A DNA stretch of 63,341 nt, counting the filler, from Kipferlia bialata (taxonomy: Eukaryota), in assembly GCA_003568945.1 (NCBI GenBank). It is 7 parts of 6 records of this genome, joined end to end, with 100 filler letters (N's around TTAATTAATTAA, not from the genome) between each part and the next. Parts side by side here need not be neighbours in the genome. Positions count along the whole stretch, not along the records: positions 1 to 10,874 come from BDIP01001340.1; positions 10,975 to 21,847 come from BDIP01001341.1; 5 more parts are not named here. One strand, written 5' to 3'. Below are positions 1 through 12,216 of the stretch, in pieces. Each line of letters opens with the position of its first letter. The first letter of the stretch is position 1. Below the pieces are notes generated by a model, which worked only from the letters and a program-made list of their open reading frames with translations, was not told where the DNA came from and searched no databases. The position numbers and the translations under genes were made by a program.

Positions 1-9
1 AAAGGCAGG

Positions 10-41
<32 letters not shown>

Positions 42-971
42 ATTATTCACAGTCATTTAGGTGATTGGTACACATTAGGGCATAGAACTCCAGTGTATAC
101 GATATACAGTACAATATCACATGTGTGCCGTACCAGCTAGACCTGCCACTGCCCAGCAGAGAGGTATCATCAGGATCCATGCTCTAGGGTGCACTTAGCA
201 GGTGCAGTGACCCCTCTCCCGTCACAGACGGATGTCCTCTCTCTCTCTCTCTCTTACACTCAGTCCTCTCCCTGCAGCAGGTACCCCACTCACTCTCTCA
301 CTGTATTCCTCTCTCCCTTTACTGTCCCCCTTAACAAATGTCCACTATCCTATGTAAGAGGTTCCAGTCAGTACTTTGCCACACTTGGCACTCGATACAG
401 GAAAGCACTAAGGAGTGGCTGTCTCGGTGTATAGAACAGGGAGCGGGGTGAGAAGGAAATAATTGAACCGTAAAAAAACACAAAATAAACCCCTCTTCGA
501 AGTCCTCAAGGTCTGGGTGCCCCTTCCTCCACCAAACAGGTGTCCCTAGCACCCAATATCACACTACGATCCAGCATTTGCACAGCTATTCTCTTTGGTA
601 GCACCCTGAGTGGCTTGAGAGTAGGTAGTGATCGGCTTGTGAACCACTGGGGGTCCCTCTATATATAGACACCTGGCCTGTGTCACCCTCTCTGGTACCC
701 CATAGTCCCTCTATAGTAGGCTAGTGCACTGCAGTAGTTACGCTAGCTGCACCCCAGCGTCCCTAGTGCATGTGGGCGGACTCCCACTCTGACATTCTGC
801 ACAGTGGGTATCTGGATGAGAGCAGGGTGGGTATGAGCGCCAGACAGAGGGGGGGGAGGAGTGCTAGACAGAGCCACCCCGGGGAGGACAGTGGCATAGG
901 GTTCACAGGGGAGCTGAGGCCTGGGAGCGTGGGGGGAGTTTTCATCCAGGTGGGTATTGGGTCTGTATTGT

Positions 972-1998
972 ATGGTGGTCGATCTGGTTGTAGTGGGTGT
1001 CACCACACTCTATGCATCCCCAGTGTCTATATTAGAGTATTGGGGGTATCTGTATGTGTCCAAAGCCATCCTCTCTCTCTCCTCCCCCCCCCCCCCCCCC
1101 ACTCCCCCCCCCCCCCACGGTCCCCATGAGGGTCCCCTCCACCGGTTCGTGTGCTCCTCCTATGTGTACAGCACAGAGAGCAGGCACAGGACAGGTATAC
1201 CTCATATATGTTGTCGACCTTCTCTCTCTCTCTCTCACCATATATGCAGCTGTGGACGTATTGACTGGAGCAGTGTCACTCTAACACCATGTCCTTTCGC
1301 TTTTCTCGGTCCTTGCTCTCTACTCTACCTCTATGTGTTCTCTCCCTAATACTACCATAAATATATTGACCCCAGGCCGTCTGGCCCTGTTTGAGTATCC
1401 TCTCTCTCTCTTTCAATTGTATATATTTGTATTACTATTGGCGTATTTGCTCTAGGCCGTCTGTCCCTGTGTGAGTATCCTTTCTCTCTCTCAATGATAT
1501 GCTACCAGTATCATCACTGACCCCCAGGCCGTCTGTCCCTGTTTGAGTACAATGAGGAGGACACATCCTGCAACCTGGTCAAGGAGATCAGCAACCTGCC
1601 GGCAGTGTTCAGGTGGGTGTTGTATCCCTCTATACTCTATGTACAACTCCTCTATTCCATACTTTTATCAGGTCAGGTGATTGTACTACTACATTGCACC
1701 ATACTGCATTCTTTCCTATCGTTGCATCAGTCTCTCTCTCCCCCCAGGGTGCGTACCAATGCCAACACCGACATGTTCCATGACTCCCCCATACTGGCAG
1801 CACCACTCAGCGACGGAGGTATATATACCCATTTCTTATACTGATAGTGCACCCCTCAGTGATGGAGGTGGGTATTCTAGTGTATACCCTATTACTTATA
1901 CTGATATATGTATATATATATATATATATCTGATACTGGCACTGACCCATGCTGGCTGCACCCCTCAATGATGGAGGTGGGTGACTCTCTGTCCTCAA

Positions 1999-2035
<37 letters not shown>

Positions 2036-4370
2036 AATGTCCCCAGGTATCCTCCTGACAGACACCAACCTGGACGACATGGTGTCCATAGACGGCAAGG
2101 TGGGACACTCAAGTGTTTCGTATAGTGGTATATCTACTGGTGTGACCCTATACTAGGACTTTTGATTTCTCATCTGTCCTTCCATTCTCACCTCAGGACC
2201 TCCGTGCATCCCACCATGCCCTGGCAGACTCCACATCAGGTTGGTGGGCATATCCATATGATATTTGACACTGGTTGGTAGGCATATTCAGACGTGATGC
2301 CGTACACTGAGTGGAGTATGAAACATCGTACTCTATCTAGGTCGGTTCTCCTCTGATCATACTCTTACCTGACCTCACCGCCAGAGGAGACTCTGATGAC
2401 AAGTATCATCTCATTAGCTCTATGCTTTGTTCAATTTATGTTCTAGTGGTTACTAATATCACCCTCACTGTCAGAGGAGACTCTCATGACGGACGCCTCC
2501 TTCGATGAGTCTGGTGGTCTCTTTGTCACATTCAGTGACGGGAGGGCTGCACACCTTGCATCCCCATGTGGCCAGGTACGGCATACTTTCTCTCTCTCTC
2601 TCTATATATATAACATGTGTGTTTCTTCTGTTGACGCCTGACCCCCTAGGCTGGTCTCGACTGGGCCCACCTAGTGGGTTCTGACGATGGTGCCTGTTGG
2701 GCGGTGGAGAGCCTGCACCCCCTGAACATGCCCCAGACAGTGGCAACAGGTAGTATATGACCTAATACAGCATGTTATACATGATATATGTAGTGACATA
2801 TGTAACCTTTTGCGTATTGAGATAGAGATAGCGTGGAGTCTGAACATGCCCCAGACAGTGGCCACAGGTAGTATGTGACATAGTGAAACATGATGCTTGA
2901 TATAGTGGTGTGTATATAGTGGTTCGATCTCTTCAGTATACCCTTACCCCCCAGGTGATGACTGGGGCGCCCTCTGCATATGGGACATCAGGTCGATGCC
3001 CACACACCCAGTCAGGTGGGGGCACACATGCACTGTTATACCTTTATTCCATTGCTCTCTCTATGCGCCTGATGCTTCTGTAATAAATATGCTCTGCTCT
3101 CACCCCAGGAAGATTGTGAATGAGACCGGGGGCATCACCTCCATCCATGCCCTGTCCCAGGCAGAGCAGATGGAGCTGGACATAGGGGGAGGTACTTCTG
3201 TGTGTGTACATGCATATATGTGTCTGTATATATGCATCAATTAGTGATACTGTTGGAAACAATATGGTGCTGGACACTGGAATTGTCAGTCCAAGGGGAC
3301 ATATCCATCCTTCTGACCTCCCAGGCAGTCTGATGCTGGTGGGTGACTACGGTGGCACTCTGAGGCTGTGCGATGTCAGGTCAGTTGGTGACTCAACTGT
3401 ACATTCCTGCATATGGCATTGCTCAATTCTGCCTTTCCTCTTAGCCTCACCTCAGAGCCCTGAACCGCCCTCTCTTTGAGGTGTCCATTGGGGATGGAGG
3501 AGATGGGCTCTGGGACCTGGACACAGCAGTGGCAGGTAAATATGTGTGTGTGTATGTATTCTGTACAGATAGATACTGATACTATCACTGATACTGATAC
3601 TCTGGGACCTGGACACCGCAGTGGCAGGTACGTACACCCCTCTCTCTCTCTCTCTCTCTCTGTGTGCGTATGTGTGTTTATCTACTAGTGCAGGTAGTTG
3701 TGCTTATGTTCCCTGTCCCCTCACTTTCAGGCCCCCTTGAGAGGCAGTCCGGCAGGGGGGGTGTCTCGGTGGGCATTGCAGCCATGCGGAGTCTGTTCCA
3801 CAGGACAACGCTCATGTGGGTGCATGTATATACGTTGATCCAAAAATGTTTCTACATCTCACTTATACAATGAGACTCTCTTGTGGGTTCTCATTAGTGT
3901 ATATATGTATATCTGGATTCCTCATTTCACATATCCTGTCTCACCATGTATGTTCATACAGAGTCATATGTATAACTGTATTATTGTCCGATACTCTCTC
4001 CAACCTGTCCTGTCTCACCGTAGCAACAATGCGGGTGTTCTGTCCCTGTCCCCCGTCCTACCCTATGACGGTCCACACGAGGATGAGGGACTCGGGTATG
4101 TCGTTGAACACATATATGCATGTAGATGTCCTAACCTAACGCGCTTCCCAATTCTCTTGATATTTCATTCCTCCATGACATGAGGGGCTCGGGTATGTAC
4201 AACATAAGCCCTAGTCTATTTGTAGCATTATTGGCAGTCGCCCCTTTGCGTTCATTTGTTTCAGTTTCCTGACCCCTAGGTATGGCGTGGCCCTTCTGTC
4301 TGACACTGACATGGCCTGTGGGTCATTCTACGACAAGACCCTGTCCATCGCTAGGAGGGCATTCCAATAG
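972..4370 (+). CDS. DPH7: Diphthine methyl ester esterase DPH7/WDR85-like WD40 protein (multi-exon)
   Basis: Spliced exons read MVVDLVVVGVTTLYASPVSILEYW..FVCSSYVY..RTG|RLSLFEY..ATG|DDWGALCIWDIR..GGITSI..LVGDYGGTLRLCDVR..YGVALL..CGSFYDKTLSIARRAFQ* (TAG 4368-4370). The terminal SFYD motif and WD repeats match DPH7. The first intron lies in a low-quality poly-C tract. Confidence 0.75.
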
Positions 4371-4542
4371 AGTATTATAGGGGTAGTATAGCAGCTCGAT
4401 GAAGGAAGGACCTCTATTGTATCGGCTGAGTATAGCTGTAGTCTCAGTAGTTATATGGAAAGGGTTGAACAGTGCTCTGACTGAGGCTCAGTCATCTGCA
4501 AACCGGTTGAACAGCTGGGGGTCTAGCTCCNNNNACTGAGGC

Positions 4543-5765
4543 TCAGTCATCTGCAAACCGGTTGAACAGCTGGGGGTCTAGCTCCACCAGTAGCGTCCTC
4601 TCTGTCTGCACCACCAGCATGGTGGTGGGGTTGAGTAGCCACATGCCCTCTATCCTCCCTGGGAAGGGTAGAGGCTTTGCTAACACTGCATCCCCAGAGA
4701 CAGTGTCAACCATGTAGATGGACTGGCTGCCGAACTCGTTGTTGAAGATGCATATATATACACCCAAGTCCACAGGCGTGTGACACACATACTCCGTGAT
4801 ACTATCTCCAAAGTGGGGCCCCCTGCTAACAATCAACCTTCGTGGAAGCCCTATCAGGTCATAATTACCAACCTTCACTACTGGGGATACATCTCCGTCT
4901 ACAGAGACAGAGACACCATACTTCGAAGTGAATGCGAAAAACCTGGTTCCATGGGACACTACTTGGACCACCCTAGTGTGCGCCGCAGGGTCCGTGCGGG
5001 TATTCTTGAAGAGACTATGAGGAAGTGCCACACGCTGCCAGGCCTGTGTGCTGAGGTCCAGAATCCACATGTCCTTCTTGAACCCTTGGAAACGCAGGCG
5101 GTCGTTAACCCATTCGACTGACTCAAACCCTCCAACGACAGCGATGTGGTTTTTGAGTGCGGCGGTCAGGAAATAGCACCGAGGCTCAGGCCAGGGCGCT
5201 CCCTCTAGTGGTGTGAGGCTGTGAGTCTCGTTGGTGTCGGGGGAGATAACAACTACATTAAGATGTGTCAGGGAGACAGTCCTGTTTCCAAGGGAATACG
5301 GGTCCCATATCAATTCCGGAAAGAGAGCTACATGGACGTTGTTGACAGTTAAGAGAGCTGGCGGATCTATGGTGCTAGTGCCGCTTCCATCCAAGAGGAC
5401 AGTAGGGTCTGATACATGGGCGGTGGTGGTATCCACTGTGTAGCTGAAGGTTAGTCTAATAACAGGGCATTGTAACAATATTGCACAGAGCAGTAACTGA
5501 GTGCAGCACTCACTAAGTAGTATGTGTACTTAGTAAGTACACATACTGTTGACCATTGAACAGTGTTGGAGTCCAGCCTGGACCGCAACTAACTACTTTG
5601 ACTACCGTACCACATCACTTTGCCGTCACTCCATCTTCTCGCTCCAGCCAGAAGAGTGTTGTGACACAACGGGACAACGCCTGCCACACTTCCATCATCG
5701 GAAGCGAAGGACGGAGCTGGGCCGCAATAGGTAGCTTGGCGACAGGAGAGATACCACTGCATCAT
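4543..5765 (-). CDS. Kelch-like beta-propeller family protein, 2 exons (5765-5611, 5443-4543), about 351 aa
   Basis: The long ORF 4543-5478 joins an upstream exon MMQWYLSCRQ..LCHNTLLA through a phase-2 GTACGG..CTAACCTTCAG intron. It has kelch-like VVGG..MWILDLSTQAWQRV, and its C-terminus NPTTMLVV..ELDP.LF.RF is shared with 61374-62480. Confidence 0.7.
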
Positions 5766-6340
5766 TGGTCCTAAGGCTATAGTTCCTAGGAGTGCACTCG
5801 GGTAGATTGTGAATGAGAGCCTCAGTACTGAAATACGCTCTTCGTACTGAATTCCAGTGTCGATACTGAAGGCTGTGGTAGACAGGTAGTGACTTTGGAG
5901 TTCAGGTTGGAGTGGAGCAGAGGACTGTCAAGCAGGTCACCTGCCAGGTGAACTGCGAACCTTTGTGACAATCGATGGCGTAAATACAGATACCAAAGAT
6001 ACCCTCACATTGTATGTATATGTCACTGCATGAAAGTTTCATTGAAAGTTTCAATTTGAAACCTTCGCTGATATTCTCGTACTCTGTGATAGATGTTGAC
6101 TGATCTGTTGACTGACATCTGAAGGCATATCGTTCTCTGATGGGATCGAGTCGTTTATGCCTTTCGAAGCTGACTCTGACGCTCAGAATCTGATCACTAT
6201 TCGATATCCTTGGCGAGACGTCCCAAAAACCCCGCCTTCAACACTCGACATGCAAACGAATTCATTGTCAATGTTGGGCAATTATTTATATCATTGGGTA
6301 CACTGAAGTAAACCATATACCCAACAGCACGTGGCTGTTT

Positions 6341-7151
6341 CTACTTGCGCTTCTTGGTCTGCCTTGTGACGTTCTGCTTCTGGTAGGCTGTGAAGTTGGA
6401 TATCATGTAGTACATGGCCCCCACAAACTGCTCGGCATCCTCGCTCATCCCATACATGGCCACAACCATCTTCATCACCATCGCGTAGCTCCTGTCGGAC
6501 CCGCCCAGGTTGAAGCCTGATGCCACGCTGTTGAAGGTGCTGGGGTGTAAGTGAGAGACACAGAACAAATGGTCCTGACCCTCCATAGACAGATATAGAT
6601 AGTACACTAGTATGAGATCATATACGTACTCAAATATGACCTCTCCAAGCTCTGTGCCGACGTGCTCAGGGTCAATCTCTCCCTCCTCGGCAGCCAGGCG
6701 CTAGAGGTGAGGATAAATACTATCGATGCAAATACTGTAAGTGTCGGTATCCTTATACTGCACTCAATCAGTGACACTATGTATGTATACATGTACAACC
6801 ACACTACCTCGTGCAGGCTGGTCAGGGATGCCTTGGCAGCATCGGGCACAGGCATGTCCATGGTGTCATCGTCATTCTCCTCGGCAATCTGGTAATGTGA
6901 GAGAGTGCAATACAGAGGAAGAGAGATGCAAGAGAGATCAAATGATGAGACTCTTGAAAACAAGAGCATAGGCAAAAACTACAAAAAGGGTTCATTCACG
7001 TTGGGTGTATCATATCTGAGAGGGTCTATTACTGCACCGCTGTTCTCATTCTCTGTGCACGTATTAGGATGTATACATTGCCACACCAAGCACATACCTT
7101 TGCAGCGGACTTGTGAACCTTGACAACCTTCCTCCTGGGTCTTCTAGCCAT
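6341..7151 (-). CDS. Small hypothetical protein with basic termini, 4 exons
   Basis: MARRPRRKVVKVHKSAAK|IAEENDDDTMDMPVPDAAKASLTSLHE|RLAAEEGEIDPEHVGTELGEVIFD|TFNSVASG..RQTKKRK*. The introns are GT-AG and phase-compatible. No family recognised. Confidence 0.55.
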
Positions 7152-7526
7152 ATCTAGACTGTGCAAAGAAAGATGGCAGGCTATCACCTGAGAGACAACC
7201 CTCATTTTTGTGCTATGAAAAGGGTGCAAAAACAAAATGTGCTCTGGTGGCAACCAACTGGCTCACCCGACCGAGTGCGATATGTGATGAACCAGTTATA
7301 GTTGTTGTCCACCTTTGGGACAACTGAACAAAACAACCACACAGTACTACATTTACACTTTCACACACACACTTCATTAATGGCAACTACAGCTGTTGGC
7401 TTATGTACAGATATCTAGACCGGAAGAGACCATAGTCTCATGTTGCGCTACCCCTTAGTACTCTTAGTACCCTAAACGGGTCACTCCAATCGTCACTCTC
7501 TCTCTAGTAGTAATAGACTAGTACCC

Positions 7527-9299
7527 TTAGCCAAGGCCGTATATCTGTGTCTGCAGGGTGGCCTCTCTCACACCCACGGTGATGATGAGAGAGTCCTCTG
7601 CGCCCTCCTGCATATGAGTGCGTAGCTATTATACATATGATACATACAATATATTGGGAGTGCACAGGTACAGATGGTATTGTACATATATACACTCATA
7701 TATAGTATGTATGTACCTTGCGCCAGGGGCAGATGATGTATATGCCCTGCTCAAGGTCCCAAGTGCCACGGGACTGTGGTCAGACGGAGAGAAAAACAGT
7801 TGACTACTAATGCAGTGTATACATGTATGGATACACACCTCCCCGTACGACCCCCCAGCCAGCAGGGTATGCTCTGGGAACTCCCCTATCCTCTCATGAC
7901 TGTCTGCCTTGACAAGGCCAAAGCCGGGGGTGCCTGGAGTAAGTATCTCATATTCAGCATATATATATATATAGTATATATTAGACCGGGGGTGCATGGG
8001 GTGGGTAAGACATATAGAGTGTATATATACAACACATATCTTGTATTAAGCCGGGGGTGCCTGGGGTAAGTGGGAGAGAATGTGTCATATATATGTAACC
8101 ATATAGTAAAGAGAAACTCATAATGATTACAAGGCCAACACCTGGGGAGCCTCTGGTGTGTGTGATATTGCGTGACAGTCCAACTTAAGTAGTAATACCG
8201 TCCGTACCATACTCCTCGGTGCCTGTGAAGAGCAGCTCCACACACACCTTCTGGGTGGGCTCATCCACAGTGAAGGAGTACTGGGGGTGAGGTATTCACC
8301 CAAAGATGTATGTAGAGAGGTAAAGAGAGAGAGAGAGACTGGTCCACGGGGAAGGAGTACTGGGTGAGAGCGAGTTTCATATAAATATACTTGGAGAAAG
8401 AGATGCATGTCCGCGTAAAAGGAACTACTAGCTAGAGTGGAAGGTGAGTCCCATCCACACTACACTAGAGTATGCATGTACCTGTGGGTTTGTGTCACAG
8501 GTCCAGGGGGCGGCACCAGCAGTACTGGAATGAGGGTATGCAGAAACTTGGACCAGGTAACCAGTAGACAGAGCAGTCAGAAATGGAATTAATAGTGCAT
8601 GTATCCAGACATATAGAAAACGTCAATACCTGGCCTGGCATACTGCGGCTGCCCCGGGTGGCAGGGGTGTCATCTCGAGGGGCATGCAGCACTTGGCCTG
8701 GGGGGTGAGGGGGCATATTCATAGAGAGAGGTATATAAAAGGGAGAGACCCAGGGTTAGCAGTGTATATGGGGTGAACAGTATGGTAGGACACCCACCTC
8801 CATGACGAGGGGCGTGCCCTTTGTCCTGCCCTGCACAGGCACAATGACATACCTACCCACACCAATGTGGAAGTCAACCTGGGTGTGGGATATATATATA
8901 TGTACTAGAAATTTCAGAATGTAGTTCTCTGCTAAATGGCAAGATAGTATGTGCTACAGTGCAACATGCATAAATATATATACATATGCGTATAGTATTG
9001 TGGGAGGCCCTGTCGTATGCACATACCCACTGGGTCATCTCGGATGAGACAACGTGGTGCTCGGGCATGGCTGGGGTGAGACGGTGGAGGTGCATTAGCC
9101 AATATATATAAATATATATGTATATGTATATACCATGTAGGCTGTGTGGTGCTCGGGCATGGCTGGGGTCAGGATAGAAGAGCAGTGCATTTGCATATTT
9201 AGCCAATATAAATATATATATATATACACTGTACACTCACCGTCTGTGTTGGGGTTCAGGGCCACTGCTGCATCCATGCGCCTCATGCTCCTGGGGGGT

Positions 9300-9347
<48 letters not shown>

Positions 9348-9990
9348 GGGCAGACAGAGAGACCCAGAGGTATACACATGTCACAGTGTCAGTGCCAAAG
9401 AGGATGTGGGTGGTGAGTACTATGCGAAGTGGAGTGGATAAGATAGATGAGTGACAAGATTCGATATCAATCAGATTCACTAAATCCTACCTTCGTGTCC
9501 CGAGCATATGAGAGAGCAAACCCACACATATATATACATACATACATACATACCATAGCAACATATGTTTATACTGGATCCATATAGATCCAGGTATATA
9601 CTACCTAAATCTGAACACTATATGCCAACTAGATGAACATACACTCACCCTCTTGTCCCTCAGTAGGTTAGGCAGCGTGCCCGTGCTCTGTTTAGAGGCA
9701 CTGGAAGTACCCTTGCTCTCAGCCATATCAGCTACTGAAGAGGACACTCAGGAAAGGGGTACATACAGGTCAAGGGTACGATATCAAGTATCTCGAGTTG
9801 AGGGACGAATATCTGTTCTGGCACAAACGGTGAAAACAAGACGCGAGAATTGTGAGCCATCCATATACACTCACCAACCCATGTACTCCCCCTCTGTAGG
9901 ACCTAAAACAGTAACAAAGGTCATTAAGGACACGTTGGAGGTGGCTAGCATCCATAGACACCTGTAAAAAGCGGAAGAAACAAATGTCAT
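7527..9990 (-). CDS. Protein with two calpain domain-III (C2-like)-like repeats, no visible protease domain (multi-exon)
   Basis: Exons give ..IGVGRYVIVPVQG.., ..STAGAAPWTCDTNPQ|YSFTV.. and ..WDLEQGIYIICPWRK|EGAEDSLIITV..GLG* (TAA 7529-7527). The TAG..NPQY and G.Y.I.P motifs resemble calpain_III. The start codon is uncertain (9990 or 9726). Confidence 0.5.
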
Positions 9991-10449
9991 ATTTGAATCC
10001 GCGAGATTCATGCGCGAGATAAGCTAGACACTGCGAAATTTGTTATGGAGGCCGAAGATTTATCCTATACTGTGGTACAAGTAGGGTAGTAGAGCACTGG
10101 GTGCTGATCCAAGCTAAAAGGAGACATACATGAAACGCATGTATGGAGGGAAGGACGTGTTGTAGGGTGGTACCGATATGAGATACGGAATGGCGTTTCC
10201 CGCGTCTGTTTTACTATTTCTGGGTGGCGATATTTGGTGGAATATGGACATGGCATGGTTATTAAGCCACATATAGAGCCTGTGGGCCCTAGTATACTGG
10301 CTATAAGTCGAATTTCTGGCTTAACGGCCCGTACTGGCGAGATATGTCTTCCGTGGGACAATTTCTGGAATGGTCAACACTGATGGTTGTGAGACGTTGC
10401 TTTAAGGTGCCTACCTGCAATCTCTTTATAGAACCCTAGGACACACAAT

Positions 10450-10732
10450 ATGTCCCTGTCATCATACCCCAAGGTACCTAAGACCACTGTGCTGCTGTTA
10501 TGCAGTGTATGTGTGTGTGTATATGCCTGTTGCAACATGTAGAGTCTCAACAACCATATCGACTAAGATGTACTGTATTTTCCAATGTTGATCTGCCTTT
10601 GTCAACCAACCCCAGGCCTACTCCATTAGTAGCGCCGCTGCGGCGGCCGCAACCTCAGTAGCAACCTCAGTGCAGCCCGAGAAGTACGTTACCGTGGATG
10701 GTAACACCGCTGCATCCAACGTCGCATACCAG
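10450..10732 (+). CDS. PFO: Pyruvate:ferredoxin oxidoreductase, first two exons (gene truncated by contig end)
   Basis: Exons 10450-10473 and 10616-10732 read MSLSSYPK|AYSISSAAAAAATSVATSVQPEKYVTVDGNTAASNVAYQ. DGNTAAxxVAY is the hallmark PFOR N-terminal motif. Confidence 0.75.
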
Positions 10733-10874
10733 GTAGAGTGTCAAAATGACCTCCATGTAGTCTCCTCTCTCCAGGGTCTAAATACTCTATAGACATTCTT
10801 AATGTGGTATATCCGGTGTCTGCACAGTGCGACAGGCGGCATATGCCCCCCCCCCCCTATGCAGTCTCCCCCCC

Positions 10875-10974
10875 NNNNNNNNNNNNNNNNNNNNNNNNNN
10901 NNNNNNNNNNNNNNNNNNTTAATTAATTAANNNNNNNNNNNNNNNNNNNNNNNNNNNNNNNNNNNNNNNNNNNN
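10875..10974. other. Artificial contig spacer
   Basis: 44 N + TTAATTAATTAA (stops in all six frames) + 44 N. Confidence 0.98.
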
Positions 10975-11029
<55 letters not shown>

Positions 11030-11033
11030 TCAG

Positions 11034-11461
11034 GGTGAGTGCCACTGTGGCCAGACCAACCCCAACAGGCAGTGCGAGTGCATCACTAACGAGTGCATAT
11101 ACGACTTCGCCATGGGGGGATGCTACGGATTCTGCTCTGGGAACCACAGGTATATGCATAAATAGAAGAAGATATCTAATAGACACCCTCTATATCATTA
11201 TCTATATACTATTGTATATACAAATCATGCTCTCTTTGTGTTCCTTTCTTCTTCCCCCCCCATCCAACGTCACTCTCTCCCTCGATGTATGTCCTTTATG
11301 CATCTTTATCCACAGTCTCTTACTACTACTTCCACTGCTGCTACTGCTTACCCACAGGTGCATCGACTCCTATGATGTTGGTGTACCTAATGCTCTACAT
11401 CTCGAGTAATCTCTATATAGTATCAGTATCAGTATCAGTATCGAATAGCGAATGAGCATTG

Positions 11462-11498
<37 letters not shown>

Positions 11499-11677
11499 CT
11501 ATATTGGAAGCCCTAACCCCCAGGTGCACTGAGGACTACCACGAGCACATCCATATATATATATATATATTTGTGGATTCTGCTCAATTGTACAATAGAA
11601 GTGTGTATATTGTTATCCCTAACCCCAGGTGCACTGAGGACTACCACGAGCACTGCTACTGTGCAGCTGAGCACTGA
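11034..11677 (+). CDS. 3' end of a cysteine-rich protein (partial)
   Basis: GECHCGQTNPNRQCECITNECIYDFAMGGCYGFCSGNHR|CIDSYDV..|CTEDYHEHCYCAAEH*, with GT-AG boundaries. Confidence 0.55.
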
Positions 11678-12216
11678 GACTCTCAGTCTGAAAGCCGTAC
11701 CACCTTTGTACCCTGTCATTAATCTCTAATCTCTGTGAAACTAGTTAACAAGACCCTTCCAAGCGTCCCACTTACATCTGGTCCATGTAGATCTGATTGA
11801 TATACTGTGTTGTGAAATAGAATTTGTGTGTGTTTGGTTGATTATTCATCCTATATAGAATTATATCGACACGTCGCTATACTGGTCGCATATCTAGGTA
11901 TCAATATCAAGATGTACCCGCAATGCGGGCCGCATTCCTTCTGTATTTACATCCTTGTGTCTATCTCGCTGCGGATAGAATTTCTATCATAGAAATGCCT
12001 TTGTGTTGTACGTACTGCTGGTGATGTGCAGTACACATTGTGTGGTGCACAAAGTCAGGTAGTTTAATCAATCAATCAGTCAATCAACGAGCCAAGCTGG
12101 TTACCAGCAGAAGAGTTTCACAAGGTGTCACAATATGCTGATACCTCTATAGCTCTTCTCTATTCCTTCTCTTTCGAAGCACCCGCTGAGCTACTTTCAT
12201 CTGTGATGCCGTACAG

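Noticed and set aside
1..960. Possible exons or ORFs upstream of DPH7
   Set aside because: I could not build a consistent spliced frame or recognise a family.
4480..4590. Approximately 51-nt direct repeat flanking NNNN
   Set aside because: It is an exact duplication across a scaffold gap, most likely an unmerged overlap.
9095..9480. Poly-Pro/poly-Gly ORFs and the many [12 protein letters not shown] ORFs in the track
   Set aside because: They are translations of intronic homopolymers and (TA)n/(GA)n microsatellites.
10875..10974. TTAATTAATTAA palindromes flanked by N runs (six places)
   Set aside because: These are artificial contig linkers, so adjacency across them has no biological meaning.
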